Part shown: piece by piece, positions 5,984 to 6,155 of the stretch | Position numbering within the stretch: position 1 is the first letter of the stretch | How the letters are laid out: each line of letters starts with the position of its first letter | Source: a virus | Taxonomy: Duplodnaviria > Heunggongvirae > Uroviricota > Caudoviricetes | IMG/VR virus record: IMGVR_UViG_2541047432_000011 | DNA: 6,155 bases | Reading direction: 5' to 3' (one strand) | Notes under the pieces: generated by a model | Seen by the model: the letters and a program-made list of their open reading frames with translations, nothing else | Told to the model about the DNA's origin: nothing | Database searches by the model: none | Position numbers and translations under genes: made by a program

Positions 5984-6155
5984 TCACCCCACCAGTCCCG
6001 ATAACGTCAGGACTCGCCAGGCGGTGGAAAAGAAAATGGCAACCAGCATGACTAAAAATGAAATGCCGACAAGTACACAGAGGCTCTTCACCAGCGTTAT
6101 GAGTTTATCTGATATCATTAGCCACCCCATCAATCCGCCTTTGTTATTTTCCCTT
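5984..6155 (-). CDS. Small hydrophobic ORF immediately upstream of Rz; 5' end uncertain or beyond window
   Basis: The frame is open from the window edge to TGA at 5986..5984 and reads ...[56 protein letters not shown]. Candidate in-window starts are ATG 6130 (48 aa) and ATG 6118 (44 aa, with GGTGG 4 nt upstream). It contains one TM-like hydrophobic stretch of about 28 aa. The stop lies 7 nt before the Rz ATG. It is below the ORF-track size cutoff. Confidence 0.4.
   Translation of the reverse strand, partial: RENNKGGLMGWLMISDKLITLVKSLCVLVGISFLVMLVAIFFSTAWRVLTLSGLVG

Larger units (their letters stand above)
1..6155 (-). mobile_element. Segment of a lambda-like cos-type (pro)phage: end of lysis cassette, cos site, terminase and head-assembly genes
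   Basis: Colinear minus-strand order Rz/Rz1 - cos - small terminase - large terminase - gpW - portal - protease, matching the lambda late region. Neither phage end nor an attachment site is in the window, so integrated versus free phage cannot be decided. Confidence 0.8.

Noticed and set aside
1-6155. Defence or anti-defence system, toxin-antitoxin pair, CRISPR array, tRNA, or integrase/att site
   Set aside because: No direct-repeat/spacer array, no tRNA-like cloverleaf candidates, and no recombinase-like ORFs were seen; every sizeable ORF is accounted for by packaging, head or lysis functions.

Overview
The whole window reads as the late region of a lambda-like, cos-packaging enterobacterial (pro)phage, with every credible gene on the minus strand. 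In transcription order (high to low coordinate) it carries: a small hydrophobic ORF cut by the window edge (5984..6155), the Rz/Rz1 spanin pair with Rz1 embedded out of frame in Rz, an unrecognised 74-aa Cys-containing ORF, an AT-rich non-coding cos region (cosN-like G/C core at about 4986-5004), a Nu1-like small terminase, a GpA-family large terminase, a gpW-like head-tail joining protein, a lambda-family portal, and the N-terminal 167 codons of a ClpP-like prohead protease. The gene order cos-Nu1-A-W-B-C matches lambda, and consecutive genes are joined by overlapping stop/start codons. I see no tRNA, rRNA, CRISPR array, IS element or recognisable defence system, and I found no convincing novel multi-gene system here. 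The points worth a second look are the variant cosN core, the hydrophobic ORF where lambda has its endolysin, the 74-aa ORF in a moron position, and a perfect inverted repeat beside cosN. All calls rest on my own reading of the translations and on remembered lambda sequences; no database search was run.
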